Source: Salinispira sp. (GTDB taxonomy: Bacteria; Spirochaetota; Spirochaetia; DSM-27196; Salinispiraceae). Taken from it: a DNA stretch of 64,000 bases. The stretch's first letter is position 1; each line of letters opens with the position of its first letter. The notes below the pieces were generated by a model, which had not been told where the DNA came from, did no database searches, and saw only the letters and a program-made list of their open reading frames with translations. This document shows, piece after piece, positions 8,007-17,457 of the stretch. Location of the stretch: contig OZ271918.1 in NCBI GenBank assembly GCA_965602015.1, positions 3,008,001 through 3,072,000 on the forward strand. Direction: 5' to 3'. The translations under genes were made by a program, and so were the position numbers.

Positions 8007-9707
8007 ATGTTCTCAAGTCCCGGAAGCCCCCTGATCATACAGGGCGATCAGACCATATTGTTAGACCTCCACGATCCCCTGGCCGATGAGGCCCGGAAGG
8101 CCATCGCTCCCTTCGCCGAGCTGGAAAAATCGCCGGAACACATGCACAGTTACCGGCTCAATCCCCTCTCGCTGTGGAATGCCGCGGCGGCGGGCTATGA
8201 CAGCTCCCGCATTATGGAAATCCTGGACGGTTACAGCCGTTATCCGGTTCCCCAATCAGTGGCGAGAAATATGACCGAGCTCATGGAGAGATTCGGAAAA
8301 ATCCGGCTGCTGCCCGCCGAGGATTCCGCCGGAAATGCCAACGGTCTCTACTTCCTGGAAGTACGGGATCAAAGGCTTTTTGCTATACTCGATAATCAGC
8401 GCTCAATAAAAAAGCTGGTAATTCCTGCGGAACATATGTCCAAGGCCCGGAGGGGATTTCTCATTCATCCGCTGCAACGGGGAAGCGTCAAACAGGAGCT
8501 CATTTCCCTGGGTTATCCCGTCGAAGACCTCATCCCCCTGAGAAGCGGAGAAAAAATAGAGATACCCCGGAGAGAGCAGACCCTGTCCGGCAAGGATTTC
8601 GAAATTCGGGATTATCAGCGCCAGGCCGCCGACTCCTTCCTGGGGAATCTTGAGGGCGGCACGGGCTACGGCACCGTGGTACTGCCGTGCGGCGGGGGAA
8701 AAACCATTGTCGGAATCGACGTAATGAGCAGGCTGAACACCCACACACTGATTCTCGCACCAAACGTTTCGGCGGTTCATCAATGGCGTCGGGAACTTCT
8801 GGATAAAACCAGTTTGACTGAGGACGATATCGGCGAGTACAGCGGGCAGCGAAAGGAAATCCGTCCGGTGACCATCGCCACCTACCAGATCCTGGTGTAC
8901 CGTCCCGAAGTCGACGGCGATTTTCCCCACTTCAACCTGGTAACCCGGGAAGCCTGGGGCCTTATCATCTACGACGAAGTCCATCTGCTGCCCGCCCCCA
9001 TATTCCGGGTCACGGCCGAAATCCAGGCGGTGCGGCGTCTGGGACTGACAGCGACCCTTGTGCGGGAAGACGGGAAGGAGGGAGAGGTGTTTTCCCTGGT
9101 CGGTCCAAAGCGCTTTGACGTTCCCTGGAAGGACCTGGAAAACCGGGGCTGGATTTCCGAGGCAATCTGCAAGGAAATCCGCACCGAACTCCCGGAGGAG
9201 CTCCAGGTCCCCTACGCCACCGCGGAAAAGCGGAAAAAGTACCGGCTGGCAAGTGAGAACCCCCGCAAGTATGATATCGTCGAATATCTCATTCACCACC
9301 ATCCCCAGGATCAAATCCTGGTAATCGGGCAGTACCTCGATCAGCTGCACCACATTCAGAAGCTCATCGGGGCGCCATTGATTACCGGTAAAACTCCAAA
9401 CAGCCTCAGGGACGAGCTCTACCAGCAGTTCAGAGACGGGGAGCAGCGGATTCTCATAGTCTCAAAAGTCGCCAACTTCGCAATTGATCTTCCCGACGCC
9501 TCGGTGGCAATTCAGGTCTCGGGAAGCTTCGGTTCGCGCCAGGAGGAAGCACAGAGGCTGGGAAGAATCCTCAGGCCGAAACAACATTCGGCGTATTTTT
9601 ACACCCTGATATCCCGCTATACGGTGGAGGAGGAATTCGGCATCAATCGTCAAAAATTCCTCGCAGAACAGGGATATGAGTATCTTCTTGAATTGTGGGG
9701 CGAGTAA
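8007..9707 (+). CDS. Bacterial XPB/Rad25-like DNA helicase
   Basis: PFAELEKSPEHMHSYRLNPLSLWNA N-domain, LPCGGGKT, DEVH, GLTATLVRED, GSRQEEAQRLGRILRPK. Confidence 0.95.
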   Translation: MFSSPGSPLIIQGDQTILLDLHDPLADEARKAIAPFAELEKSPEHMHSYRLNPLSLWNAAAAGYDSSRIMEILDGYSRYPVPQSVARNMTELMERFGKIRLLPAEDSAGNANGLYFLEVRDQRLFAILDNQRSIKKLVIPAEHMSKARRGFLIHPLQRGSVKQELISLGYPVEDLIPLRSGEKIEIPRREQTLSGKDFEIRDYQRQAADSFLGNLEGGTGYGTVVLPCGGGKTIVGIDVMSRLNTHTLILAPNVSAVHQWRRELLDKTSLTEDDIGEYSGQRKEIRPVTIATYQILVYRPEVDGDFPHFNLVTREAWGLIIYDEVHLLPAPIFRVTAEIQAVRRLGLTATLVREDGKEGEVFSLVGPKRFDVPWKDLENRGWISEAICKEIRTELPEELQVPYATAEKRKKYRLASENPRKYDIVEYLIHHHPQDQILVIGQYLDQLHHIQKLIGAPLITGKTPNSLRDELYQQFRDGEQRILIVSKVANFAIDLPDASVAIQVSGSFGSRQEEAQRLGRILRPKQHSAYFYTLISRYTVEEEFGINRQKFLAEQGYEYLLELWGE

Positions 9708-9713
9708 GTTCGA

Positions 9714-11807
9714 ATGAAAGTACATGACCAGACCTGGCGATCCTTCCTCCTCACCCTTGATGACGACGTGTTTTTCGACGTCATCAGAAATTATCTCGGT
9801 CCAGTCAGCACGCCCTACAACAAGCACAAACTCCTCGAGCGATTGGTTCACTACCTGCAGCAGGAGAAAATCCGTAAAAAAATTCTGGGCAATTTGTCTC
9901 CGGAAGATGTGGAACTGCTGTCTTCGGTAGATCTCTTGAAGACCGACGACCTTCATCAGATTTTTATGTTCTTTGAGGGTAGCAGCTCGGCCGGGGAAAT
10001 ATATTCCCGACTTCTCAATCTTACCGACCGGCTGCTGATTTACCGATCGCCGGAAAGCGGAGTCCTGCTGGTGAACCCCCATCTTTCACAGGGACTGACT
10101 GCCGCCGGAATGGGCGGCTCCACACTGTTTCCTTCAACCCCCGCGCCGCCCCTTCGGATGGCCATTCCCTGGGTCAACGACCTGCTTATGCTGGGAAGTT
10201 TGTCCTTGCTGGTCGATGATGATAGCCTTTTAAAAGCCGACGGCACGATAAAAAAGCAGGCAGTAAAGAGATTCGAAGACATCTTTCCCCAGCTGAAGGA
10301 CGGTACCGAGTCTCCCGTCGAAATGATTGTCGATACCCTGAGAATTCTGGGGCTCATGGAACTGAATGATTCCGCCGTAAGCCTGCAACCGGAGGTCTGG
10401 GCCGACTGGGCCGATCTACCCATTGCGGACCGTCACTTTTTATACTGGGCCGCTGCCATCCGGAGCGTGCTGTCAGCCAGAGGAAGCCTGAATCAGAGCG
10501 GCGAGCGTTCCCGCTTTATTGAATTCCAGGAGATCAGCTCCGATGCGGCAATCCTCCGGCAGTTCCTTTCGAGCCTCGAATCCGGACGGGCATACCATCG
10601 GGAAACTCTGGTTCGCATGCTGCAGATTCAGTCGAACGGCAGAGGCATATTCCGGCGCACCGGAGCGGTTATCCGCCTCTGCGGCGAACTCGAACTGATT
10701 TCAGGCGGAGACAACTCCTACCAGCCGAATCCCGCTATCGCCGGGCTTCTGGATGCCGGCCTTTCCGAGCATCGGCCGGCGGGACCGGCGATAATTCTTC
10801 ACAGCGACTACCGGATTACCGTTCACCCCCACGGCGATTTTCGCCGCATGCTCATTCTCGCGTTTGCCGCGGAGATCAGGGAATTTGATCTGCTGTCAGT
10901 ATACGAGATCGGCAGAAGCAGCGTATTTCGGGCACTCGGCCTGGGAATTCCCGGAGCCGAGCTTCTCGACGCTATGGATCGACTCAGCGACCATCATAGC
11001 CCCCAAAACATCATGTTCAGCATAAAGAGCTGGATAGAAGAGTTCGAATCCGTCAGCGTCAGATCGGGCTATATGCTTCGCTGTACGGAGAAATCCCGGG
11101 CGGTAATTCACCTGGCGGCGCAGCACTGCCCGGACGCTGTGGTAATGTCCGATGATTCGGTGCTCTTTCCCCACCACGAATTATCGTGGGCCGACGAACT
11201 GGAAAAAAACGGCCTGCACATTCGTGCCCTGCTGCGTCTGGACAGCCGGAGGCACGAGGGCGGCGGCGGGCATTTTTCCACGCTGCCGCCTCTGGTTCCC
11301 CGTCACAGCAATGCACCGGCCTATGGTTCAGCCGTTGTTACCTCGTCGAAGCCGCTCTCCGAACCCGAAGTCCCGACAGGCGAAGCGATAAAACAATCGG
11401 AAAAAATAGACCGGAAATCCTTGCGAGCATTCATCGAAGACCTCGGCCTGTCGGAAGATATCGAGAAGGAACTGCTTTTGAGGGTGAACAACGGCCTCAT
11501 CCTCGAAGAACACCAGATCAATGCGGGAATCGTACGGCCCGATATCACCGAAGCCCGGGGCCTGAACTACACGGCGAAACTCCGCCTCATCGAGATGGCT
11601 CTGGACAAGCAGGATATCCTGGAATTCTTCCCGTCGGGACAGGAGCGGCCGTTGCTCTTAAAACCCGTGAAAATACACCGGAAGGCAGGGCGGAGCAGCG
11701 ATCTTCTCGAGGCAAAAAGCATCGCAGGTAATGAAGAGTTAACCATACCCATCGCCAAGGGCAGGCTTATCCGCCGCCTGAAAGGAAGTCTTTTTCACCG
11801 GGTGTGA
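9714..11807 (+). CDS. XPB partner protein with a helicase-associated (XPB N-terminal-like) domain and possible C-terminal WYL-like domain
   Basis: FAAEIREFDLLSVYEIGRSSVFRALGLG...PQNIMFSIKSW resembles the XPB N-domain; starts 6 nt after XPB. Confidence 0.75.
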   Translation: MKVHDQTWRSFLLTLDDDVFFDVIRNYLGPVSTPYNKHKLLERLVHYLQQEKIRKKILGNLSPEDVELLSSVDLLKTDDLHQIFMFFEGSSSAGEIYSRLLNLTDRLLIYRSPESGVLLVNPHLSQGLTAAGMGGSTLFPSTPAPPLRMAIPWVNDLLMLGSLSLLVDDDSLLKADGTIKKQAVKRFEDIFPQLKDGTESPVEMIVDTLRILGLMELNDSAVSLQPEVWADWADLPIADRHFLYWAAAIRSVLSARGSLNQSGERSRFIEFQEISSDAAILRQFLSSLESGRAYHRETLVRMLQIQSNGRGIFRRTGAVIRLCGELELISGGDNSYQPNPAIAGLLDAGLSEHRPAGPAIILHSDYRITVHPHGDFRRMLILAFAAEIREFDLLSVYEIGRSSVFRALGLGIPGAELLDAMDRLSDHHSPQNIMFSIKSWIEEFESVSVRSGYMLRCTEKSRAVIHLAAQHCPDAVVMSDDSVLFPHHELSWADELEKNGLHIRALLRLDSRRHEGGGGHFSTLPPLVPRHSNAPAYGSAVVTSSKPLSEPEVPTGEAIKQSEKIDRKSLRAFIEDLGLSEDIEKELLLRVNNGLILEEHQINAGIVRPDITEARGLNYTAKLRLIEMALDKQDILEFFPSGQERPLLLKPVKIHRKAGRSSDLLEAKSIAGNEELTIPIAKGRLIRRLKGSLFHRV

Positions 11808-11885
11808 TGTAGGTCAGGTAAGTTCGGTCGTGTGATGTAGGTCGCGTGATTGAAGTGGCGCGAGTTCGCATGCGTGATTCGCCCG
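11802..11885. repeat. Degenerate 14-bp tandem repeat, about 6 units
   Basis: gtgtgatgtaggtc occurs exactly at 11802 and 11830, with degenerate units in the same 14-nt register. Confidence 0.55.
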
Positions 11886-11947
11886 CCGCAATTCCCGCGA
11901 TAAAAACCCCATGCTGTGACTCGCTCGGAATGTTACCAGGGCGCAAA

Positions 11948-13492
11948 CTACAAGAGCGAGAGGAAATGTTCCGACTGTATGCGTGCCTGGGTAACAAACA
12001 TCTCCCAGCCGTTGATGGTTTTGCATCCCGATGCGGCGGCTCTGCGGATCAGCGGCGTAACCGGAGGCGTGTAAATTATGTCATATACGGTTTCGTCACC
12101 GGAAAAATCGTAAAAATGCAGGGGATCCTCCGAGTCCTTCCCCTCCATTCCAACGGAAGTGGTTTGAACAATTAGTGCGCGGTAGTCCCGAATCAGATCA
12201 AGTGCGGTGGAATCCAGGTCCGCCGACCGGATTTTTCCGGGGAAATGGCGGGAATACCCTTCGACGAGCTCCTGCCGCCTCTGCCTCGTACGATTGAGTA
12301 CCAGCACCTTAACACCCCGGCTGAGAAGCCCGTAGCAGATGGCCCGGGCGGCGCCTCCCGCACCGATAACCACCGCATGGGTGATGTCCCCGCCGTTGGA
12401 GGAAAGTTCGTTTTCGATTGGCGCAAGAAATCCCGGGACATCGCTGTTGTAGCCTTCCCAACTCGTGCTTCTGCGGATTATCGTGTTGCAGGCGCCGGTG
12501 AGTCGGCTGGCATCGTCTTCGGTCTTGAGCAGACGGCGAACGTTCTCCTTATGCGGAATGGTCACCGAGCAGCCGACGAGGTCGAGCTGTTCAGCCAGAA
12601 CAGGAAGCCACAACACATCATCCATCAAAAGGGGGATGTAGCGGGCATCGACATTCTTCCTGGAAAATTCAGCATTGTGGTACTCCGGACTCCGACTGTG
12701 ATCCACGGGATTCCCGACGATGGCGAAGATTTTTGTATCGGCGGAAATCGGCCTGCTCCGGTATTTTTCAAATAATTCCCGGCAATCAACCTGACCGGGC
12801 GCGACTCCGTTTCCCACGGCGGCATAACTCATACAGCTTCCGAGCTTTTCCGGCAAGATTCTGCTGGGAACCCCGTACTTTCCCATTCCCAATAAAATGA
12901 AGCGCCGGCCCGGATGAGCTTCGGCATAGTTCCTGCCGATTTGGAATATCCTTGCAAGATCGGAACTGTCGGCGGGCATAACGGCCAGTTTGGGTACCGC
13001 GCCTCCGGCGCCAAGACTGGCTAAGCGGCTTCCCAGATCGAGGGGACATTCGTGAAAAACATGGGATGATGCAATTTTCGTCAAACCGAGATCGGCAATG
13101 CGCTGAGAGAGGGCGGGCATGTCGGACTGAGATTCTATATCGATAGCCAGGACCCTTCTTATATTTTCCCAGTCCGGCATTCCCTCAAGGGCGAGGAGAA
13201 TTTCAAGGAAGATAGTCTGGGCAGTCTCCTCTTCCGCTCCGAAAATTCCACCGTCTTCCGGGCGGCGGAGGGTCAGGATAACAGAAAAATCGCCATCGTC
13301 CTGCAATTCAAGGGCTTTGGCAAGCTCGCCGTCCTGAAATACCTGCCCAAGGAAATCCGGAACCCGGTGCAGATCTGAAAGGAGATAATCGAGTCGCACC
13401 TCGAAGGCCGAATACGTGCCGGCATACTGGTGAAGAAACTGAAGGTTTGACCGGCAATCGGGTCCGGGAAGGGTCAGGCATATTCTGGACAT
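11948..13492 (-). CDS. aroDE: Bifunctional type I 3-dehydroquinate dehydratase / shikimate dehydrogenase
   Basis: AroD motifs EVRLD, TLRRPEDGG, SSH, PKLA, GMG, APGQ; AroE motifs HSRSP, VTIPHKE, GACNT, NSD, GAGGAA. Confidence 0.92.
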   Translation of the reverse strand: MSRICLTLPGPDCRSNLQFLHQYAGTYSAFEVRLDYLLSDLHRVPDFLGQVFQDGELAKALELQDDGDFSVILTLRRPEDGGIFGAEEETAQTIFLEILLALEGMPDWENIRRVLAIDIESQSDMPALSQRIADLGLTKIASSHVFHECPLDLGSRLASLGAGGAVPKLAVMPADSSDLARIFQIGRNYAEAHPGRRFILLGMGKYGVPSRILPEKLGSCMSYAAVGNGVAPGQVDCRELFEKYRSRPISADTKIFAIVGNPVDHSRSPEYHNAEFSRKNVDARYIPLLMDDVLWLPVLAEQLDLVGCSVTIPHKENVRRLLKTEDDASRLTGACNTIIRRSTSWEGYNSDVPGFLAPIENELSSNGGDITHAVVIGAGGAARAICYGLLSRGVKVLVLNRTRQRRQELVEGYSRHFPGKIRSADLDSTALDLIRDYRALIVQTTSVGMEGKDSEDPLHFYDFSGDETVYDIIYTPPVTPLIRRAAASGCKTINGWEMFVTQARIQSEHFLSLL

Positions 13493-13518
13493 TTTTTCTC
13501 CACGACGAATAATAGCAG

Positions 13519-14145
13519 TTAGAAGTCGCTTCGGTAAATATACATGTCCTGAAGAATGCCCTCGGAAAATACCAGACGAAGGCGGACCGGATAACCCCTA
13601 TCGTCGAGGTCGTAGTACAGATTGTCTTCTCCGATGTAATGGGCGGTGCCAAAAATACGCTGTACCTCTTCAACCCCCATACCGGGTCTTACGCCCCCGA
13701 TGTCCCCCTGGAAACGACGGTCGAAGCGAATCTGCCAGACCCTGTCCTGAAACCAGTAGAGGTAGCGGTAGTCGGGATAGAAAAAGACTACGTCATCCTG
13801 CCAATCCTGCTCGCCCCTGAGGGGATACAGACGCAGAGGCGGCCCGAAGATCTCGAAGACCTGGGGAATCATCAGTCCGATGTAATCCGCTTCACTGAGT
13901 GAAAGCGGCGGGCTCAGGAAGGCTCCGTCGGCACCGAGAACGGGACGTGCAGCCATATCGGGAAACCGGTCCTGGGCTTCTATCGCGGCGTTTCCCGGGG
14001 CAATATAAAGAAGGAAAAGAAGCAGATATATGCCTCGAGAGGCGCTAACGGGTCGAATAATCGTTGCTTTCCAAAATTTTTGCGAATTCCTCGCCGGTAA
14101 TCGGCGCGGCGTAATAATATCCCTGAATATAGTGCACCCCTTCAT
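13519..14145 (-). CDS. Hypothetical exported/membrane protein (start uncertain)
   Basis: Hydrophobic stretch IYLLLFLLYIA followed by a globular domain with two similar halves (VFEIFGPP / VQRIFGTA). The only ATG overlaps the upstream gene by about 100 nt. Confidence 0.6.
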   Translation of the reverse strand: MKGCTIFRDIITPRRLPARNSQKFWKATIIRPVSASRGIYLLLFLLYIAPGNAAIEAQDRFPDMAARPVLGADGAFLSPPLSLSEADYIGLMIPQVFEIFGPPLRLYPLRGEQDWQDDVVFFYPDYRYLYWFQDRVWQIRFDRRFQGDIGGVRPGMGVEEVQRIFGTAHYIGEDNLYYDLDDRGYPVRLRLVFSEGILQDMYIYRSDF

Positions 14146-15580
14146 GAAATAGAAGATCCTTTTGTTCCTTTGTCTCTACACCTTCAGCCAGAATTTCGAG
14201 GCCGAGATTCCTGGCCAGCTCTATGATGCTGCGCACCACCAGCAAATTGCTTTCCTTTTCGGTCAGGTCGTCCACAAAGGACTTATCGATTTTCAGGGTA
14301 TTTATCGGCAGTTTCATCAGATAATTCAGTGAGGAATAGCCGCTGCCGAAATCATCAATCGCAATCCGGATTCCCCGGCTCCTGAACTGGTGGAGGATCT
14401 CAATCGATTCGGAGGGATCCTTCATGATCACTCCTTCGGTGATTTCGAGCTTGAGTTGAGACCCCTTCAGCCCCAGGGAATCCAGCATTCCGATGATACT
14501 GTCCACAAGGCCGGGTCGCCCGAACTGGACTGGTGAAAGGTTGACGGATACGTACTCCAGATCATAGCCGGCCTTGGTCCACTGCCTGAACTCAAGACAG
14601 GCCCGGTACAGTATCCATCTGCCGAGCATATCCATTTCGCCGTACTGCTCGGCCAGGCTGATAAAAAGGTCGGGCGACAAGAACCCGAGATGAGGATGAT
14701 TCCAGCGCACCAGAGTTTCGCAGCCGATGACATTCCCCTTGCCGTTGACGAAGGGCTGAAAACGCAGTTCGAAGCCCGCGAACCCGGAGTTACGGGCATT
14801 CCTCAACTCCCGTCGGACCTGCATCCGGTGGTGATGCTCATCGGCGAGGGCCTGCACAAACATGGCAACCCGGGTTTTAAAGCGAAGAGCCGTTGTGGTG
14901 GCAATTTCCAGGTTTTCGCTGAGATCGGCGTAGTTATCTCCGTGGAAGGGAAACACGCACATTCCCACATGACAGCTAAAATGGATTGATTCCCCTTCGC
15001 TCTGGATATGCGGCGTCGAAATAGTTGGAATAATAAAATCGGTGAACAATACCTCCGCCTGTTCAATATTCCTTACGTTCGGCAGGATGACCAGAAAATC
15101 CTCAAGCCGGTCGCCCTGATACAGATTATCCCGGAGCATTTCAATGTCGCTGAGAAGGGTGACAGTTTTGAAGGCCAGAATCTTTTTTACCTGCTCTGAA
15201 GAGATTTGAATAAAGGTTTCATCAAGCTTTATGTGCGCCACCGCGAATGGCTTCACCGGTTCGCTGCCGTCGGTTACAAACTGCTCGTGGCGCTTCTCGA
15301 TAAGACGCCCGAGGTCCTTCATGAACTCCCGTTGGAGTGGAAGCATGGTATCCTGGTTGAGGCGGGCAAGCCCCTCAAGCCGTCGGTTTTCGGCTTTTTC
15401 CGTTTCCAGCTCCTGACGGAGGCGGGCAATATCGGATTTCAAACGAAACACATCGCGCTTTACCTGTAGAAGCTCTTCTCTCAGGCCGTTCATGTCGGCA
15501 TCTTCGTTTTTGATAAAAGCGTCAATATTTTTCAGGTCCACTGCAGTATCAACCTCTGTCGCGGCGTCGTGCTTACTCAA
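14045..15580 (-). CDS. c-di-GMP phosphodiesterase: coiled coil, degenerate GGDEF and EAL domain
   Basis: ETLVRW, SVNLS, LEITE, IDDFGSGYSSL, LKIDKSF, AEGVE, QGY; GGDEF replaced by RLEDF. Start TTG 15580 chosen because the track start lies inside the upstream terminator. Confidence 0.88.
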   Translation of the reverse strand: MSKHDAATEVDTAVDLKNIDAFIKNEDADMNGLREELLQVKRDVFRLKSDIARLRQELETEKAENRRLEGLARLNQDTMLPLQREFMKDLGRLIEKRHEQFVTDGSEPVKPFAVAHIKLDETFIQISSEQVKKILAFKTVTLLSDIEMLRDNLYQGDRLEDFLVILPNVRNIEQAEVLFTDFIIPTISTPHIQSEGESIHFSCHVGMCVFPFHGDNYADLSENLEIATTTALRFKTRVAMFVQALADEHHHRMQVRRELRNARNSGFAGFELRFQPFVNGKGNVIGCETLVRWNHPHLGFLSPDLFISLAEQYGEMDMLGRWILYRACLEFRQWTKAGYDLEYVSVNLSPVQFGRPGLVDSIIGMLDSLGLKGSQLKLEITEGVIMKDPSESIEILHQFRSRGIRIAIDDFGSGYSSLNYLMKLPINTLKIDKSFVDDLTEKESNLLVVRSIIELARNLGLEILAEGVETKEQKDLLFHEGVHYIQGYYYAAPITGEEFAKILESNDYSTR

Positions 15581-15635
15581 GTGTAATCCGCTTTGAGAGG
15601 TTATTGCACCCTGGCCTGAAAAAAAAGTACTGTGC

Positions 15636-15664
15636 AAAAAAAAACGGCCGCCAATCGGCGGCCG
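15636..15664 (-). terminator. Intrinsic terminator of the hydrogenase operon
   Basis: CGGCCGCC-gatt-GGCGGCCG followed by T9. Confidence 0.88.
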
Positions 15665-15686
15665 GTGCATGGATTATGCTCAATTC

Positions 15687-17438
15687 CTACTTCTGATAGA
15701 GGGGACGGGGATGATACTTGGTGTGGAGGTATTTATGGGCCTTGTGACTACCGGGTTTTTCTAGAAAATCGTCGTAGATCTTCTTGATGTACGGGTTCTG
15801 ATGGCTCATCCTCAACTCCTGCTGGACATCATCGGCGTACATTCCCGCAATCCGCTGCTTTCTTACCTCGTCTGTTGCACCGTAGGGTTGACCTCCCCCG
15901 GCGATACAACCGCCCCTGCAGGCCATGACTTCGATGAAGTGGTAGGGAATGTCTCCTCCCTCGGCCTGGGCTTTTTTCACCCGCCGCAGCACTTCCTCGA
16001 TGTTGCCCATCTGATGGGCGACGGCCACGCGGACCTTGGTTCCCTTGATGTCGATTTCCGCTTCCTTGATGCCTTCGATTCCCCGGACGGCTTCGAAATC
16101 CACCGCCTCCAGATCCTCACCGGTCACCATGTTGTATGCGGTCCTGAGGGCAGCTTCCATAACACCGCCGGAAGCGCCAAAGATGGTTCCGGCTCCGGTA
16201 TACATACCGAGGGGGTTGTCTGCTTCCTCTGAGGGTAGACTGTTAAAATCGATTCCCGCCTGCTTGATCATCCGGCTGAATTCCCGGGTGGTAATAACGT
16301 AGTCCAGGTCCTGGGAACCGGTGGAGTACATGTTGTCGTCCCGGGTAATCTCATATTTCTTGGATGTGCAGGGCATGATGGATACCACCACGATATCCTC
16401 AGGCTTAATTCCCTGCTGCTTGGCGTAATAGGTTTTGATCATCGACGCCATCATCATCTGTGGGCTCTTTGCAGTGGAAAAGTGGGGAATCATTTCCGAG
16501 TAATACTTTTCCAGATAGTCGACCCAGCTTGGACAACAGGTGGTGATAAGCGGAAGGGTTTCGCCTTTGGTAAATCGCTGCACGAATTCCGTCGCCTCTT
16601 CCATTATCGTCAGGTCGGCGGCAAAGTTCGTGTCGAAGATGGCGTCGAAACCCATTCTTCGCAATGCGGCGTACATCTGGCCGGTCATTATGGTGCCGGG
16701 CTCGTTGCCGAAGGCCTCGCCGACGGCTACGCGAACCGCAGGTGCGACCTGTACAACCACGTGCTTGCCCTCGCTTCTTAGCTCTCTCCATACCTCACCG
16801 GTCTGGGAATTCTCGTAAATCGCGCCGACGGGACAGTGGGCTGAACACTGACCGCACTTTATACAGGGCGTGTCGTTCAGCTGAATGTCGCCTGCACCGG
16901 CGATACGGGTCTCGTCGCCCCGGCCGATAAACTCGAGGGCCCATACGTTCTGCATGTCCTGACACACCTTGGCGCAGCGTCCGCAGAGCACGCATTTTTC
17001 CGGGTCCAGAATGATCGACGGGGTCGAATCGTCTACCGGCAGATCTCTCAGGTTCTTCTCAAAGGGCTGATCACGGATGCCGAATTCCTGGGCCAGTCTC
17101 TGCAGTTCGCAGTTTTGATTCCGGGCGCAATAGAGACAGTCGTCGGGGTGGTTCGAGAGAATGAGTTCCACTACGCTCTTGCGCACCTCGACAATTTCCG
17201 AATCGTGGGTGAGATAGCTCGCCCCTTCGCTGACCGGCGTGGCGCAGGCCCGGACCATTTTAGGCGAGCCCTCCATTTTGACTACGCAGATACCGCAGGC
17301 CGCCCAGGGATCGAGATCCGGGTGATAACAGAGGGCCGGAACCTTAATCTGGTTCTGCTTTGCGGCGTTTAAGATGGAGGTGCCTTCTTCGACCTTCATT
17401 TCGACGCCGTTTACTTTTATGTTCACCATGTTTGCCAT
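15687..17438 (-). CDS. hydA: [FeFe]-hydrogenase catalytic subunit (group A3, HydA/HndD)
   Basis: H-cluster motifs TTCCPSW, MPCTSKKYE, EVMACRGGCIAGGGQP; N-terminal 2Fe-2S, His-ligated 4Fe-4S and 2x4Fe-4S domains. Confidence 0.96.
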   Translation of the reverse strand: MANMVNIKVNGVEMKVEEGTSILNAAKQNQIKVPALCYHPDLDPWAACGICVVKMEGSPKMVRACATPVSEGASYLTHDSEIVEVRKSVVELILSNHPDDCLYCARNQNCELQRLAQEFGIRDQPFEKNLRDLPVDDSTPSIILDPEKCVLCGRCAKVCQDMQNVWALEFIGRGDETRIAGAGDIQLNDTPCIKCGQCSAHCPVGAIYENSQTGEVWRELRSEGKHVVVQVAPAVRVAVGEAFGNEPGTIMTGQMYAALRRMGFDAIFDTNFAADLTIMEEATEFVQRFTKGETLPLITTCCPSWVDYLEKYYSEMIPHFSTAKSPQMMMASMIKTYYAKQQGIKPEDIVVVSIMPCTSKKYEITRDDNMYSTGSQDLDYVITTREFSRMIKQAGIDFNSLPSEEADNPLGMYTGAGTIFGASGGVMEAALRTAYNMVTGEDLEAVDFEAVRGIEGIKEAEIDIKGTKVRVAVAHQMGNIEEVLRRVKKAQAEGGDIPYHFIEVMACRGGCIAGGGQPYGATDEVRKQRIAGMYADDVQQELRMSHQNPYIKKIYDDFLEKPGSHKAHKYLHTKYHPRPLYQK

Positions 17439-17457
17439 AGTTATTCTTCCTCCGTCC

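Noticed and set aside
11802..11885. Direct repeats as a CRISPR array (also 62057..62106)
   Set aside because: Units are too short, there are no spacer-length unique sequences and no cas genes.
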